Below, in pieces: positions 17,848 to 27,508 of a stretch of 64,000 nt of DNA. The notes under the pieces were generated by a model. It saw only the letters and a program-made list of their open reading frames with translations, searched no databases and was not told the origin of the DNA. The stretch is from Bacteroidaceae bacterium (GTDB taxonomy: Bacteria > Bacteroidota > Bacteroidia > Bacteroidales > Bacteroidaceae). The position numbers and the translations under genes were made by a program. Location: the NCBI GenBank assembly GCA_024401055.1, contig JAKSLT010000002.1, positions 1,885 to 65,884 of the forward strand. The letters are read 5' to 3'. Positions within the stretch are counted from its first letter, which is position 1. Each line of letters opens with the position of its first letter.

Positions 17848-20800
17848 TTACTTGAGGACTTTCTTTCCGCCCATGATGTTCACGCCCTTGGCGGCCTTCT
17901 CGAGACGGCGGCCGGTGAGGTCGAAGACGGTATTGTCTGTCTCTTCGCCCTTGGCGGCCTTGATGGCTTCTACGATGTCGTCGAACTGGAAGCCGATGCG
18001 CTCGCGCGTGGAGGCGCCGCCGGCGAGGTAGATGGCCTTGCCCTTCGGGTAGGACGTGGCGGTGTAGCGGTAGAAACCTATGCCCTTCGACTTGTTGGCA
18101 AGTACGTAGGGGTTGTTGCCTTCGAGCTCGTCTTCCCACAGCTTACCGGCGTCGCCGTTCACCGTGGAGCCGGTGAAGAGGTTGTCCACAGCGGCGGGAT
18201 TGGCAGTGGCGGGGATTACGAGTTGCGATACCTTCTCGAGGACTTCTCCGAAGGTTTCGGAGTATTCATCGGAGTCGGTGAACACCTGTTCGCTGTAGAG
18301 GACGTAGCCGCCGGCGGGAACGGGAGCATTGTCATCCTTGTTCACCTGTTCGAGGGCGAGGCTGCCGCCACGGTCTTCTGTGCCGCGGTAGCACTCTACT
18401 TCGCTGGACACCTGCATAGGATAGGGCAGATAGATGGAGGCGTAGTAGTGGCCGTCGTTACCCTTGATGAGCGTGGGCCGGTTGTAGGTGTAGGATTCGT
18501 CCTCTACGAGCTGGAAGAGGAAGGTGTGGCGGCCGTTGGCATTGTAGTACTTGTCGCCGTTATTGCCGGAAACGAAGCGGTGGCTGTTGCCGTCGTCATA
18601 GCAGAAGTACTGGTACTGCGTGGTGGCGTTCTTCGGGTGGGCCTTCATCTGGAACAGGCCGAAGCGCTGTTCTGCCGTGAGGGCCTTCACTGAGCCGTTG
18701 TTATTGGTGCAGTCCGTCGTGGCGTGTTCAAGGGTGATGATGCTGTAGGTTTCATCGTAAGCCTCGGTGGCGCCCTTCGTCGTGAAGGACTTGCCGCTGT
18801 CGCCCGTGTCGAACCAGCAGAGGTAGCGGCCCAGTTCGTTCACGAGGATGAACTCGTTGCCCTCACCTACGCGGCGGACAATGAAGCGCGTGTAGCCTTC
18901 GTCGCCGATTTCACCGTCTGCCTCTTCATTCTTACCTGTTATCTGGCCATCGGCCGTGCTGTAGATAGTATAGGCATTCTTAATGCTGCCGTCTTCCTCC
19001 ACATGTACGGCCATCAGCTTGTAAGCCTTGCCATTTTCGGGGAGAGCGATGTTGGTTTCGTTCAGCAAGGCGTTGTATGCTTCAAGAGCTTGGGCATAGT
19101 TGTCTTCAGTAACTTCGCCTTCAAAGATATCTGCATAGGCCGCTAAGGTTTCAGCTGTTTCAGAATCGTATGCAGGATAACCTACCTGACCGATAACGCC
19201 AGTGAAGAAGTCATAAATGGCATCTATCTTCTCCTGGAGCTCAGCGCAGAGTTCAGAAGGATCGACTTCCGTTGCAATAAACTGGAAGGTGGAGTTTCCG
19301 TCGGTCTTCGCTGCCCCATTAATCCAGTTGCCTAAGCGGCTTTGCCAGCTGACTGTGTTGATGTAGCCGTTTTCTACACCATCAAGATGGAATACGTTAT
19401 GCCCGCTGTTGCGCTCAAAGATATAGGTCACAGCATCTGCTATGGCTACGGATGTCAGACTTGCATTGTTTTCCATTGTTCCACCAACGCCATAGTCGGC
19501 ACCTGCCTCCTTACAGATAATCTTGGTACCCCAAGGCGTACCTAAGAAAGCAAAGTTTGCAGGCTCTGTGCTTCCACTCGTAGGATAGTTATAATCGCTT
19601 TGTGTGGTGGTATAACCAACATTCAGATTATTTCCAATCTTGAGATTGTACCAGTGGGCCGAACTGAAGTCGTTGGAGTAGTTGAAGGGGTAGTCGTCGG
19701 CGATGGTATAAGCCACGGTCTCAGTATCGTTAGCCGTCATAATGCCGCCAGTCTTCAATGTGCTGGTAACGGTCACTCCGTAAGGAGCAGCAGTCAGACT
19801 GCGCGGACGGAAGTCACCCTTGTGGAGCGTAATACTCCTGGTGGCATCGTTCAGGCCTTCGGTGGTGAAATTGTAGGTCAGCGTAATCTCTTCCGTGGAA
19901 GTAGAGGTGAACTGCCAGAGCGAACCGTCGTTGTTGCCGGCGTTCCACTGGCCGACGGTGGTAATATTGTTGATAGGATTACGGGCATTCCAGCTGCGGG
20001 AGCCACCGTCGGGAATAATGTTGTAGTAGTCAACATTGCCTGCCGTGGTGACGTAAGCGACATGCATGGCTGTGGCGTCGCTTTCATTGTCAACGAAAGC
20101 AATATTATAGTTTGCATCGTTAAAGTTGAGAGCTTTCACATACTTGCTGTTGCAAGACATGATGTAGTAATCCTCTCTGTCGTTCACGGGTGTAAGAGTG
20201 AACTCGCCGGCATTAGCCTGCTCGCCGGTAAGGGCAACGATAGTATTGCCTTCATTCACGGTGCTGGCATCGTAATAAGCATACTTGCCGTTCTGCTTGT
20301 TGCGGATGGTGTAGGTATAAACCTTTTCGGGCTCGGGCTCTTCTGTGAGCAGGATAACGACCTCGTCGCCTTCATTCACGTTGGCAATCTTGTAGCCGCC
20401 GGTGACGGAAACGGGAGTGACGCTGGTGCCGTTTACGGTTACGTTAACTCCGCTGAGGTCCACGTCCTTGTACTTCACAATGAGTTCCTGACCCTTGTGG
20501 CTGGTGATGGTGGCCTTGGTGAGTGCGCCTCCGGCCCACTGCTGGCTTACGGTGAAGTTGCCCACTGCCTTGAGGCCGGTGATGCTGCCCTCTGCCCATG
20601 CGTCGGGGAGGGCGGGGAGGAGCTGGATGACGCCGGTGTGGCTCTGGAGAAGCATCTCGGAAACGCCGGCGCATACGCCGAAGTTGCCGTCAATCTGGAA
20701 GGGAGCGTGACCGTCCCACAGGTTGTAGTACACGCCGCCGGCGCTCTGGTCGGTGCCGTAGCTGCGGGCGTGCTTCAACGCATTATTTATTAATGTACGC

Positions 20801-23800
20801 GCGTGATTGCCGTCAAGGGCGCGGGCCCAGAGGTTAACGCGCCAGCCCATGGCCCAGCCGGTGGAGTTGTCGCCACGCTGTGTCAGAGAAGCCTTGGCTG
20901 CATCGAAGAGCTGCTGTGCCGTGTAGGTGGTGCCGTCAGCGGTCACATCCTGCGTCAGCTGGCTGAAGGGATAGAGAGCCATGAGATGGGAGGTGTGGCG
21001 GTGCTGATTCTCACCGACCTTGTAAGAACTGGTCTTCCATTCCTTCAGGATAGCAGTGCCGTCAGCGATGAGGGTGTTCCAATTTTTCTGTTTGCCATCA
21101 GAGCCAACGAAGCTGTGCTGGTATTCCTCCGTGCGGAGGCCGAGGTCGAGACCGGCACGCTTGGTCGTGAGGTCATTAAGTTCTGTCTGAGAGATAAGGC
21201 CGAGGCTTACGGCGTTGATGGCGTTGGCAGCAGCGATGGTGTTGTCGAAGAGTTCGCGTACGAGCTGCTGGCTATGAGCCGTAGCGTTCTCGTCGGGCCC
21301 CTGCTCGGGCGACCATTCGCTGGGACACTCGTAGGAACCGTCGGTGCCTTGTACGAGGCGCTGCGACCAATACTTGGCGGCACCCAGCATGGCGGGGAAG
21401 GCAGACTTCAAGAACTCGGTGTCGAGGGTGTAGCGATAGTGCTGCCAGAGGTGGGTAACATACCAAGCGTTGGCAATGGTGTAATTAGACTTGAAGTCGG
21501 ACATACCACCGAAGAGGTTGCTCTCGGTGTTGATAACCCAACCTACATTGGAGCCCTTGGTCTTTGCCTGATTCTTCGGACCCGGAGCATCGGCCAGCAT
21601 CTTGATGTGGTCGAGCAGGGGTTTGTGGAGGTCGCTGAGGTTGTTGGGCTCGGCGGGCCAGTAGTTCATCTGGATGTTGATGTTGGTGTGGATATCGGAG
21701 TGCCAAGGAGCATTGCCGCTATCGGTATCGTTCCAGAGACCCTGTAGGTTGTTGGGCACGGAGGTGTTGCGGTTACTGCTGATGAGCAGGTAACGGCCAT
21801 AGTTGTAGTAGAGCTGTTCGAGGTAGATGCCGTCGGCTGTATTCTTGTTGTCGGCAGAGGCATTGTAGTAATCTACCAGAGCCTTGGTGTTCTTGTTGGA
21901 AGAAACGGAGACTCCGTTCTTCTTGAGGTCGATGGCCACGCGGCCCATATAGCTTTGGAAGTTGCTCTCATGGGTAGAGCGCAGGCTTTCCCAACTCGTG
22001 GCGCTTGCCGTGCTGATGCGGCTGGCCATGATGCCAGGCAGCTGGCTGGCAGTGCCGTCAACGAAGGAGGTGGCAGGATGTGCGGCCGTGAAGTCGGTGC
22101 CGCCGGCGAGGTAAACTATAACCTCGGTGGCGTTGCTCACGGTGATACCCTTGTAGTCCTCGGTCACTGTGCCGTCGGTGGCCTTGACGGTCATCTGGGA
22201 GGCGTAGGAGACGATGGGGAGCTTGCCGTTGAACTTGGCAGTACCTACACGACCGCTGACGGCGTATTCCGTAGTGGGCTTCTGACCGCTCACGCTGCTG
22301 GAAGTAAGCTGGCCGCCGGGCTCGTAGGTGAACTGGAGGTTGAGCTTGTTGGTGCCCGTAGCGGTGTAGCGCACGGCCATCACTTTATTGGGCTCGCTGG
22401 CGATGTAGGTGCGTTCATACTGCGTGCCCTGGGCATCGCTGAACTTCACGCCGGCTACGGCGTTGTCGATGTCGAGGTAACGGACGTAGTTCTTCACGCC
22501 GTTTTCGAAGGCATTGCTGAGGTTCTTCACCCAGACGTTGCCCATCTTCACATAGCCGGCATAGCTGTAGTTGGTCTCGGACTTACCGTCCCAGAGGCTC
22601 TTCTCGTTGACGGTAATCTTGTCGTTCATTACGGCGCCGTAAACGCTGCCGCCGAAGTCGCCGTTACCGATAGGCAGGGAGTACTCCATCCAGTTGTTGT
22701 AGTTGGTGCCAGGAGCCTCGGTGTACCACAGCGTGTTCTTGCTGGGAGCGGTGAAGGAAGTGGCACCCTCGATGTCGTATTCGGTACTGGGGAAGGTAGG
22801 CTTTTGAACAGTCGTACCATCCTCGCCGTAGAAGACAAGTTTGCTATTGCCGTCACCAGTACCGTAGAAACCGATATTGTGACCGGCGGCAATATTAGCC
22901 CAAGCGTTGAAGCCGTTACCAGTATCACTGGTGCGGACTATGGCGAAGATGTCATTGCCAAGGTCAACCATCTTAAATGTAGTGGCGTCTGCTTCATTAA
23001 CTTCGGCAATGAAGTCAGATTCTGATCCGGCAGCAGGTGTGCCGTGGGCAACGCCTACATACTTGCCGTTGGCGCTGCGGAGCTTGAAGCTGTTGATGTT
23101 GCCAATGAAGGCCCAGTTGGTAGCGGAAGCCTTCTCTGTTATCTGGAAGAAGTTGCTCGGGCTGGTAGCATCACTTATGCCATAGTTCTTATTGGCATTG
23201 AAGATAATCTTATGGTAAACCTGATTGTTGGCACTGTAGAAGAAGGGGTCGTCCGCCGTATAATCCACATTGGCTACGCCCTTATAGACGGTAACAGTGG
23301 CGGAGTAGCCATCGACGGATGCTGCTTCAATAGTGGGATTCTCAAAGAAGGCCGTGAACTGCTGACCGTCGGTGTAGGTCGTGCCGTTGTATGCCACGCC
23401 GCCCTGACCCGTAAGGCCATGCACAGCTACGGTGAGTTCGGTGGTGGGCACTTCCTCAATGTACCAGGCAGAGCCGTTGTCGGCACCGTAAGACTTCACA
23501 TTGGGAGCCTGATGGTTCCAGCAACTGTTCTTGTTTGCAGCCTCACTGATATTGAAGGTAGTGCCGTTGGCCTGCGTAGCCTGACTGATGTACCAAGTCT
23601 TGGCCGTGCCGGTGCCCCAACTGTTCCATCCGTTCATCGTGCCGTCGGTGGTGAAGTTATGGACGTTTACTGCCTGATAGGTATCATTGCCACCCGCAGC
23701 GGCCGTAAAGTAGAAGACGGCGTTGGGGTTCTTCGTGCTGTTGAGCTGGAGATAGTTACTGTTGCTGTCGTAGTGAGCGTAGTTTGACGAATTGTTGAAG

Positions 23801-26800
23801 TTGCGAATGGAATAGTAATACTTCGTATCGCCAGTGCTCATCTTGATGAGGCCGTCATCCTCGGGCTCTTCGCCGGAACCTTCAAAATATGTGAAGATCC
23901 ACTGGTGCGTGTCCGTCTTGTTGGTATATACGCCGCGGCCAGCTGCCTGTTCATTGCTGTTTGCGCCGAGACCTTGACTGCCTGACTTAATAATAGTCGT
24001 CACGCCGCCTTCAATATCGGCGATAGTCCAATTGTCAGCATGGTTCACAACGTCCCAACTGGTGGGAGCACCCGTATAGCCTACATATTTTTTAGTAGTG
24101 GCACTCTGAAGCGTATAGGTCTTATTACCCGTTGAAACAACCTTAAAGTATTCGGGATAGGTGGAGAGGGAGTAAGTGGACTTGCCCTTATCATCCACTT
24201 CAATCGTGGAAAGATAAAGGTTGGTACCATTAAGTCTGATGGTATAGCCCTCTCCGTCGAAGCCTTCGGGAGCACCCTCTTCGTCAGCTTCAGCAAGGAG
24301 TTCGTTGACGTTTACGGCGGCAGGTGTTATGCCGTAGTTGTCGCGCAGCTGCCATACGGCACCGTTGGTGTTGCTGGCACCGAGGGTGGCGCTGGTACCG
24401 TTAGCCGTAAGGAAGCTGTTGGCATTGGCGAGGTCGAACTGGAAGGTAAAGCCTTCGAAGTTGCCACCGCTGGAGCGTGTGCCTACATAGACGGGGGTGG
24501 GCTTGTCGGTGAGGACAGCCGTGCTGTTTTCAAAGGCGAGATACTTCTCTGCGCTGGCATTATAAAGATAGTAGGCGTTCCACTTCTCGGAGCGCAGCAG
24601 CTGCCAGTTGTTGGCATCGAGCGTCACGTTCACGTCAGCGTCAGCCTTCACGGCAGGAGCATTGTTTTCCACCACGAGGTCGCCGAGGCCCTTGGCATTG
24701 TAGAGCTGATAGGCCTTGAAGGAGCTGATGGCGTTCGTGCCGTTCACAACGCCGTACTTCAGCAACGTGCCGTTGGCGGCAAGGTTGGTAAGAGCCGTCT
24801 TTATCGTCTGGGCATCCGTCCAATTACCGTTGTTGTAGGCGGTATTCAGGGCTGCAAGGTCAGAGGTGGAATAGCCGTCGAAACGATTTTCCTTATCAAG
24901 GATGGCCTGTACCTGTGCGTTGAGGGCATCACGGCCCACTGCCGTGCGGAAATAGATTTCCTTAATGGCCAGGCAGTCGCTGTAGCCCTCGGCGAAGTAG
25001 AGACGCAGGTACTTCTTGCCTGTCACCTTCGTGGTCAGGTTCACTGTGCTCGTGGCAACGTTCTCAATGTTGTAAACTTCGCTATAGGGCGTCCACGAAG
25101 AGTTGTTGGCAGAATACTGCAACTGCAACTTCTTGGGCACATACGACTTGTTGCCCGTGCGGAACACGAAGGCGATCTGCTCTATCTCCTTGGCCTGCAT
25201 CTCTTCGCTGAGTTGGATGTCGATGTAGAAGGGATAGTTGTAGTTGCCCGTGCCACCGCTCCAGCGTGAGTGCCAATATGTGCTCTCGTCACCATCGATG
25301 GCGGCTTCTTTCTTGTTTGCATCGCCTTCGTTGGTGGCCTCGGAGTTTACGTTTACCACGGTGAAGCCGCTGGCGGCCAAGGTCTCGCGTGAGTTCTCAA
25401 AATCCTCCGCCAGCTTAGTCCCTTGCTCTTTCTTGATGGCCTGGTCCACGCGAGCGAGAAGGGTGGTGAGGGTAGCCTGACTGATAGGCGTGCCTATCTT
25501 GTTCTCAAAGTCGGTGATGAGGGTGAGGGTGTTTTCCGTGTCGGTCACGTTTTCGTGATAACCGCCGGAGGTCAGATAGAAGGCTTCTTCACCATCAACG
25601 ATGGTCTTGCCGTGACCATAGTCGTCGCGGTCGCCGTAGGTATTGCCGCCGTCGGTATGGCCGAAGCCCACATTGTTGGCGTTGTACCACTTACCGGTCA
25701 CCATGGAGTGCAGACCGCCGCGGCGATAGTAAGCATTGCGTTTCCACTGGCCGCTGGGCCAGTTGTAGTCCTCAAGGAAGGAGTACCAACCGTCCATGTA
25801 GTTGTTGGCGCCGCTCTGGCGGATGGTGGCGATATAGCGCCAGTCCGTGTCGATGCCGTCGGCCCAAACCCAGGCGGAGGTCAGCGTGTTGGAATAGGTG
25901 ATGGTTTTCTTCTGACCGGGGTGGTCGGGGTCGTCAACTTCCACGTCCACGATTTCGGGACGGGCGTTGCAAAGGAACTTCACCCACTTGCCGGGCTCCC
26001 AGTTCTTGCTTGTACGGAACTTGGCCTGAGCACCCGTTCCTTCGCCGCCGAAGCGGGCGATGGTCACGCCTTCACCGGCATCGAGGGCGCCGGAGCGCAG
26101 ATAGTCGGGGAGGTTGGGGTCATTGTCGGTGGAACCGTTGTCCCACATAGAGAAGATGATGGGATAGTCGTTCTCGCTGTCTTTCTGGATACCCATGTAG
26201 CCGTGCAGGACACCGAGGCTCATGCAGTAGGTGCCCACGATGTCGTCGCCTTCGGGAATCATTACTTCCTGATATGTCCAGTCGTAGCGACCGGCAGAGG
26301 GCACGGTGGGGTCGGTGGTATGCCAGCCGTTCAGGTGAACGGAGGGGGAAGACATATAGTCGGCTGTGTAGGCGGGCTCGCTGAGAGAGTTGCTAAACTG
26401 CCAGTACTTGAATTCGCCCACGTTGGCGGCACCGGAGGTACACTGGATGTCAAACTTGTACCAAGCCTTCTGGGAGAAAGTCTTGGTGTCCATCACGGTA
26501 ATCCACTGGTCTGTGCCAGTAGAGATGTTGACAGTCTTGCTGGAGAGTACCGTGCTGGGGTCTTCCATGCAATAGACCTTCACGACGAAGGTGACGGCAC
26601 CTGTCGTAGTCAATTGGATTTTGGCGTTTGTTGAGCATGCGGGGAAGTGAATGTAGGTGGTCACATGCTTGTTGGTGTCGGCATTGGGCCATGACTTCAT
26701 ACTCCAGTTCGCATGCTCCGTGCTGTAGTAATTGCCATTGGCGCCAACAGGGCGACCGTCCACTTCGTAGTAACTCTTGCCGAAAGCCAGCAACCCATTG

Positions 26801-26922
26801 TTGTCGCTCACATTGTAGCGTTCCACGTTAGGATCAGTCTTCGCTGTCTTGTCGGCTTGTGCTGTCATCGGCGCTATCACCAGTGCCATGATGAGCAGCA
26901 TAAGTTTGAAGATGTGTTTCAT
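17848..26922 (-). CDS. 3024-aa multidomain secreted protein: DUF5077/DUF3472-like + F5/8 type C (CBM32) + GH95 alpha-L-fucosidase + T9SS-type tail
   Basis: Signal peptide. SPSVHL...YQEVMIP...IFSMWD...FGGEGTG...YSFLED (DUF3472-like). AIDGDESTYWHSRW (F5/8C). LPIGNG, YGRYLLISS, NINIQMNYWPAE, SPEQG, HRHTSHL and FQIDGNFG (GH95). C-terminus FDLTGRR...GKKVLK. Promoter TAAATTTG at 27037-27044 (-). Confidence 0.9.
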   Translation of the reverse strand: MKHIFKLMLLIMALVIAPMTAQADKTAKTDPNVERYNVSDNNGLLAFGKSYYEVDGRPVGANGNYYSTEHANWSMKSWPNADTNKHVTTYIHFPACSTNAKIQLTTTGAVTFVVKVYCMEDPSTVLSSKTVNISTGTDQWITVMDTKTFSQKAWYKFDIQCTSGAANVGEFKYWQFSNSLSEPAYTADYMSSPSVHLNGWHTTDPTVPSAGRYDWTYQEVMIPEGDDIVGTYCMSLGVLHGYMGIQKDSENDYPIIFSMWDNGSTDNDPNLPDYLRSGALDAGEGVTIARFGGEGTGAQAKFRTSKNWEPGKWVKFLCNARPEIVDVEVDDPDHPGQKKTITYSNTLTSAWVWADGIDTDWRYIATIRQSGANNYMDGWYSFLEDYNWPSGQWKRNAYYRRGGLHSMVTGKWYNANNVGFGHTDGGNTYGDRDDYGHGKTIVDGEEAFYLTSGGYHENVTDTENTLTLITDFENKIGTPISQATLTTLLARVDQAIKKEQGTKLAEDFENSRETLAASGFTVVNVNSEATNEGDANKKEAAIDGDESTYWHSRWSGGTGNYNYPFYIDIQLSEEMQAKEIEQIAFVFRTGNKSYVPKKLQLQYSANNSSWTPYSEVYNIENVATSTVNLTTKVTGKKYLRLYFAEGYSDCLAIKEIYFRTAVGRDALNAQVQAILDKENRFDGYSTSDLAALNTAYNNGNWTDAQTIKTALTNLAANGTLLKYGVVNGTNAISSFKAYQLYNAKGLGDLVVENNAPAVKADADVNVTLDANNWQLLRSEKWNAYYLYNASAEKYLAFENSTAVLTDKPTPVYVGTRSSGGNFEGFTFQFDLANANSFLTANGTSATLGASNTNGAVWQLRDNYGITPAAVNVNELLAEADEEGAPEGFDGEGYTIRLNGTNLYLSTIEVDDKGKSTYSLSTYPEYFKVVSTGNKTYTLQSATTKKYVGYTGAPTSWDVVNHADNWTIADIEGGVTTIIKSGSQGLGANSNEQAAGRGVYTNKTDTHQWIFTYFEGSGEEPEDDGLIKMSTGDTKYYYSIRNFNNSSNYAHYDSNSNYLQLNSTKNPNAVFYFTAAAGGNDTYQAVNVHNFTTDGTMNGWNSWGTGTAKTWYISQATQANGTTFNISEAANKNSCWNHQAPNVKSYGADNGSAWYIEEVPTTELTVAVHGLTGQGGVAYNGTTYTDGQQFTAFFENPTIEAASVDGYSATVTVYKGVANVDYTADDPFFYSANNQVYHKIIFNANKNYGISDATSPSNFFQITEKASATNWAFIGNINSFKLRSANGKYVGVAHGTPAAGSESDFIAEVNEADATTFKMVDLGNDIFAIVRTSDTGNGFNAWANIAAGHNIGFYGTGDGNSKLVFYGEDGTTVQKPTFPSTEYDIEGATSFTAPSKNTLWYTEAPGTNYNNWMEYSLPIGNGDFGGSVYGAVMNDKITVNEKSLWDGKSETNYSYAGYVKMGNVWVKNLSNAFENGVKNYVRYLDIDNAVAGVKFSDAQGTQYERTYIASEPNKVMAVRYTATGTNKLNLQFTYEPGGQLTSSSVSGQKPTTEYAVSGRVGTAKFNGKLPIVSYASQMTVKATDGTVTEDYKGITVSNATEVIVYLAGGTDFTAAHPATSFVDGTASQLPGIMASRISTASATSWESLRSTHESNFQSYMGRVAIDLKKNGVSVSSNKNTKALVDYYNASADNKNTADGIYLEQLYYNYGRYLLISSNRNTSVPNNLQGLWNDTDSGNAPWHSDIHTNINIQMNYWPAEPNNLSDLHKPLLDHIKMLADAPGPKNQAKTKGSNVGWVINTESNLFGGMSDFKSNYTIANAWYVTHLWQHYRYTLDTEFLKSAFPAMLGAAKYWSQRLVQGTDGSYECPSEWSPEQGPDENATAHSQQLVRELFDNTIAAANAINAVSLGLISQTELNDLTTKRAGLDLGLRTEEYQHSFVGSDGKQKNWNTLIADGTAILKEWKTSSYKVGENQHRHTSHLMALYPFSQLTQDVTADGTTYTAQQLFDAAKASLTQRGDNSTGWAMGWRVNLWARALDGNHARTLINNALKHARSYGTDQSAGGVYYNLWDGHAPFQIDGNFGVCAGVSEMLLQSHTGVIQLLPALPDAWAEGSITGLKAVGNFTVSQQWAGGALTKATITSHKGQELIVKYKDVDLSGVNVTVNGTSVTPVSVTGGYKIANVNEGDEVVILLTEEPEPEKVYTYTIRNKQNGKYAYYDASTVNEGNTIVALTGEQANAGEFTLTPVNDREDYYIMSCNSKYVKALNFNDANYNIAFVDNESDATAMHVAYVTTAGNVDYYNIIPDGGSRSWNARNPINNITTVGQWNAGNNDGSLWQFTSTSTEEITLTYNFTTEGLNDATRSITLHKGDFRPRSLTAAPYGVTVTSTLKTGGIMTANDTETVAYTIADDYPFNYSNDFSSAHWYNLKIGNNLNVGYTTTQSDYNYPTSGSTEPANFAFLGTPWGTKIICKEAGADYGVGGTMENNASLTSVAIADAVTYIFERNSGHNVFHLDGVENGYINTVSWQSRLGNWINGAAKTDGNSTFQFIATEVDPSELCAELQEKIDAIYDFFTGVIGQVGYPAYDSETAETLAAYADIFEGEVTEDNYAQALEAYNALLNETNIALPENGKAYKLMAVHVEEDGSIKNAYTIYSTADGQITGKNEEADGEIGDEGYTRFIVRRVGEGNEFILVNELGRYLCWFDTGDSGKSFTTKGATEAYDETYSIITLEHATTDCTNNNGSVKALTAEQRFGLFQMKAHPKNATTQYQYFCYDDGNSHRFVSGNNGDKYYNANGRHTFLFQLVEDESYTYNRPTLIKGNDGHYYASIYLPYPMQVSSEVECYRGTEDRGGSLALEQVNKDDNAPVPAGGYVLYSEQVFTDSDEYSETFGEVLEKVSQLVIPATANPAAVDNLFTGSTVNGDAGKLWEDELEGNNPYVLANKSKGIGFYRYTATSYPKGKAIYLAGGASTRERIGFQFDDIVEAIKAAKGEETDNTVFDLTGRRLEKAAKGVNIMGGKKVLK

Positions 26923-27260
26923 GATAAATAATTAAATTTGTTTTTTGTATGTTTGTTGAGTAATATATTTCTTACATTTACTTTTTACCTATTTAATAAA
27001 CGCACATGCGCGGACATACACAGGCAAAACAACGGGCAAATTTAACCCAATTATTTGATATAAAAGTCTTTTCTTCCTCAGAAAAAGCGTTTTTGCCCCT
27101 TACCCCCCCCATTTTGTTATCTACGCCTTGCAAAACGAAGGCGAGTTTTTCTTTTCACCGTCTTCTTTCATATTACGAAACAGATAAGTATGGGAACGCC
27201 CCCTTGACGGCAAGGCATAGGTCTTTCCGTCGGACGTTTTCCGGCCTTAGATATTCCTTT

Positions 27261-27380
27261 TCGGCATTTAGTCATCATGGCCACAGCTGTGGCTAAGTAT
27301 CGGTCACAGCTGTGGCTAAGTATCGGTCACAACTGTGGCCAAGTATGCGTCACAGCTGTGGCCATGATGACGAAGTCGGA
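27261..27380. repeat. 23-bp x4 palindromic array with terminal inverted repeats, copy 2
   Basis: Same unit as 4099-4180 (cacagctgtggc-t/c-aagtatcggt). The left end tcggcatttagtcatcatggccacag is the reverse complement (one mismatch) of the right end of copy 1, ctgtggccatgacgactaaatgccga. Confidence 0.9.
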
Positions 27381-27434
27381 AGATACAGTATTTATGAGCC
27401 AAGCGGCAACTGTTTACCGGGCACTGATAAATTC

Positions 27435-27478
27435 AAAAAGGAGGCACGAAATCATCCGTTGATTTCGTGCCTCCTTTT
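27435..27478 (-). terminator. Intrinsic (bidirectional-looking) terminator ending the SusC/D operon
   Basis: aaaaggaggcacgaaatca / tgatttcgtgcctcctttt. Confidence 0.85.
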
Positions 27479-27508
27479 ATGGTAGTATGGGAAAACTGCG
27501 GGCGGAGG

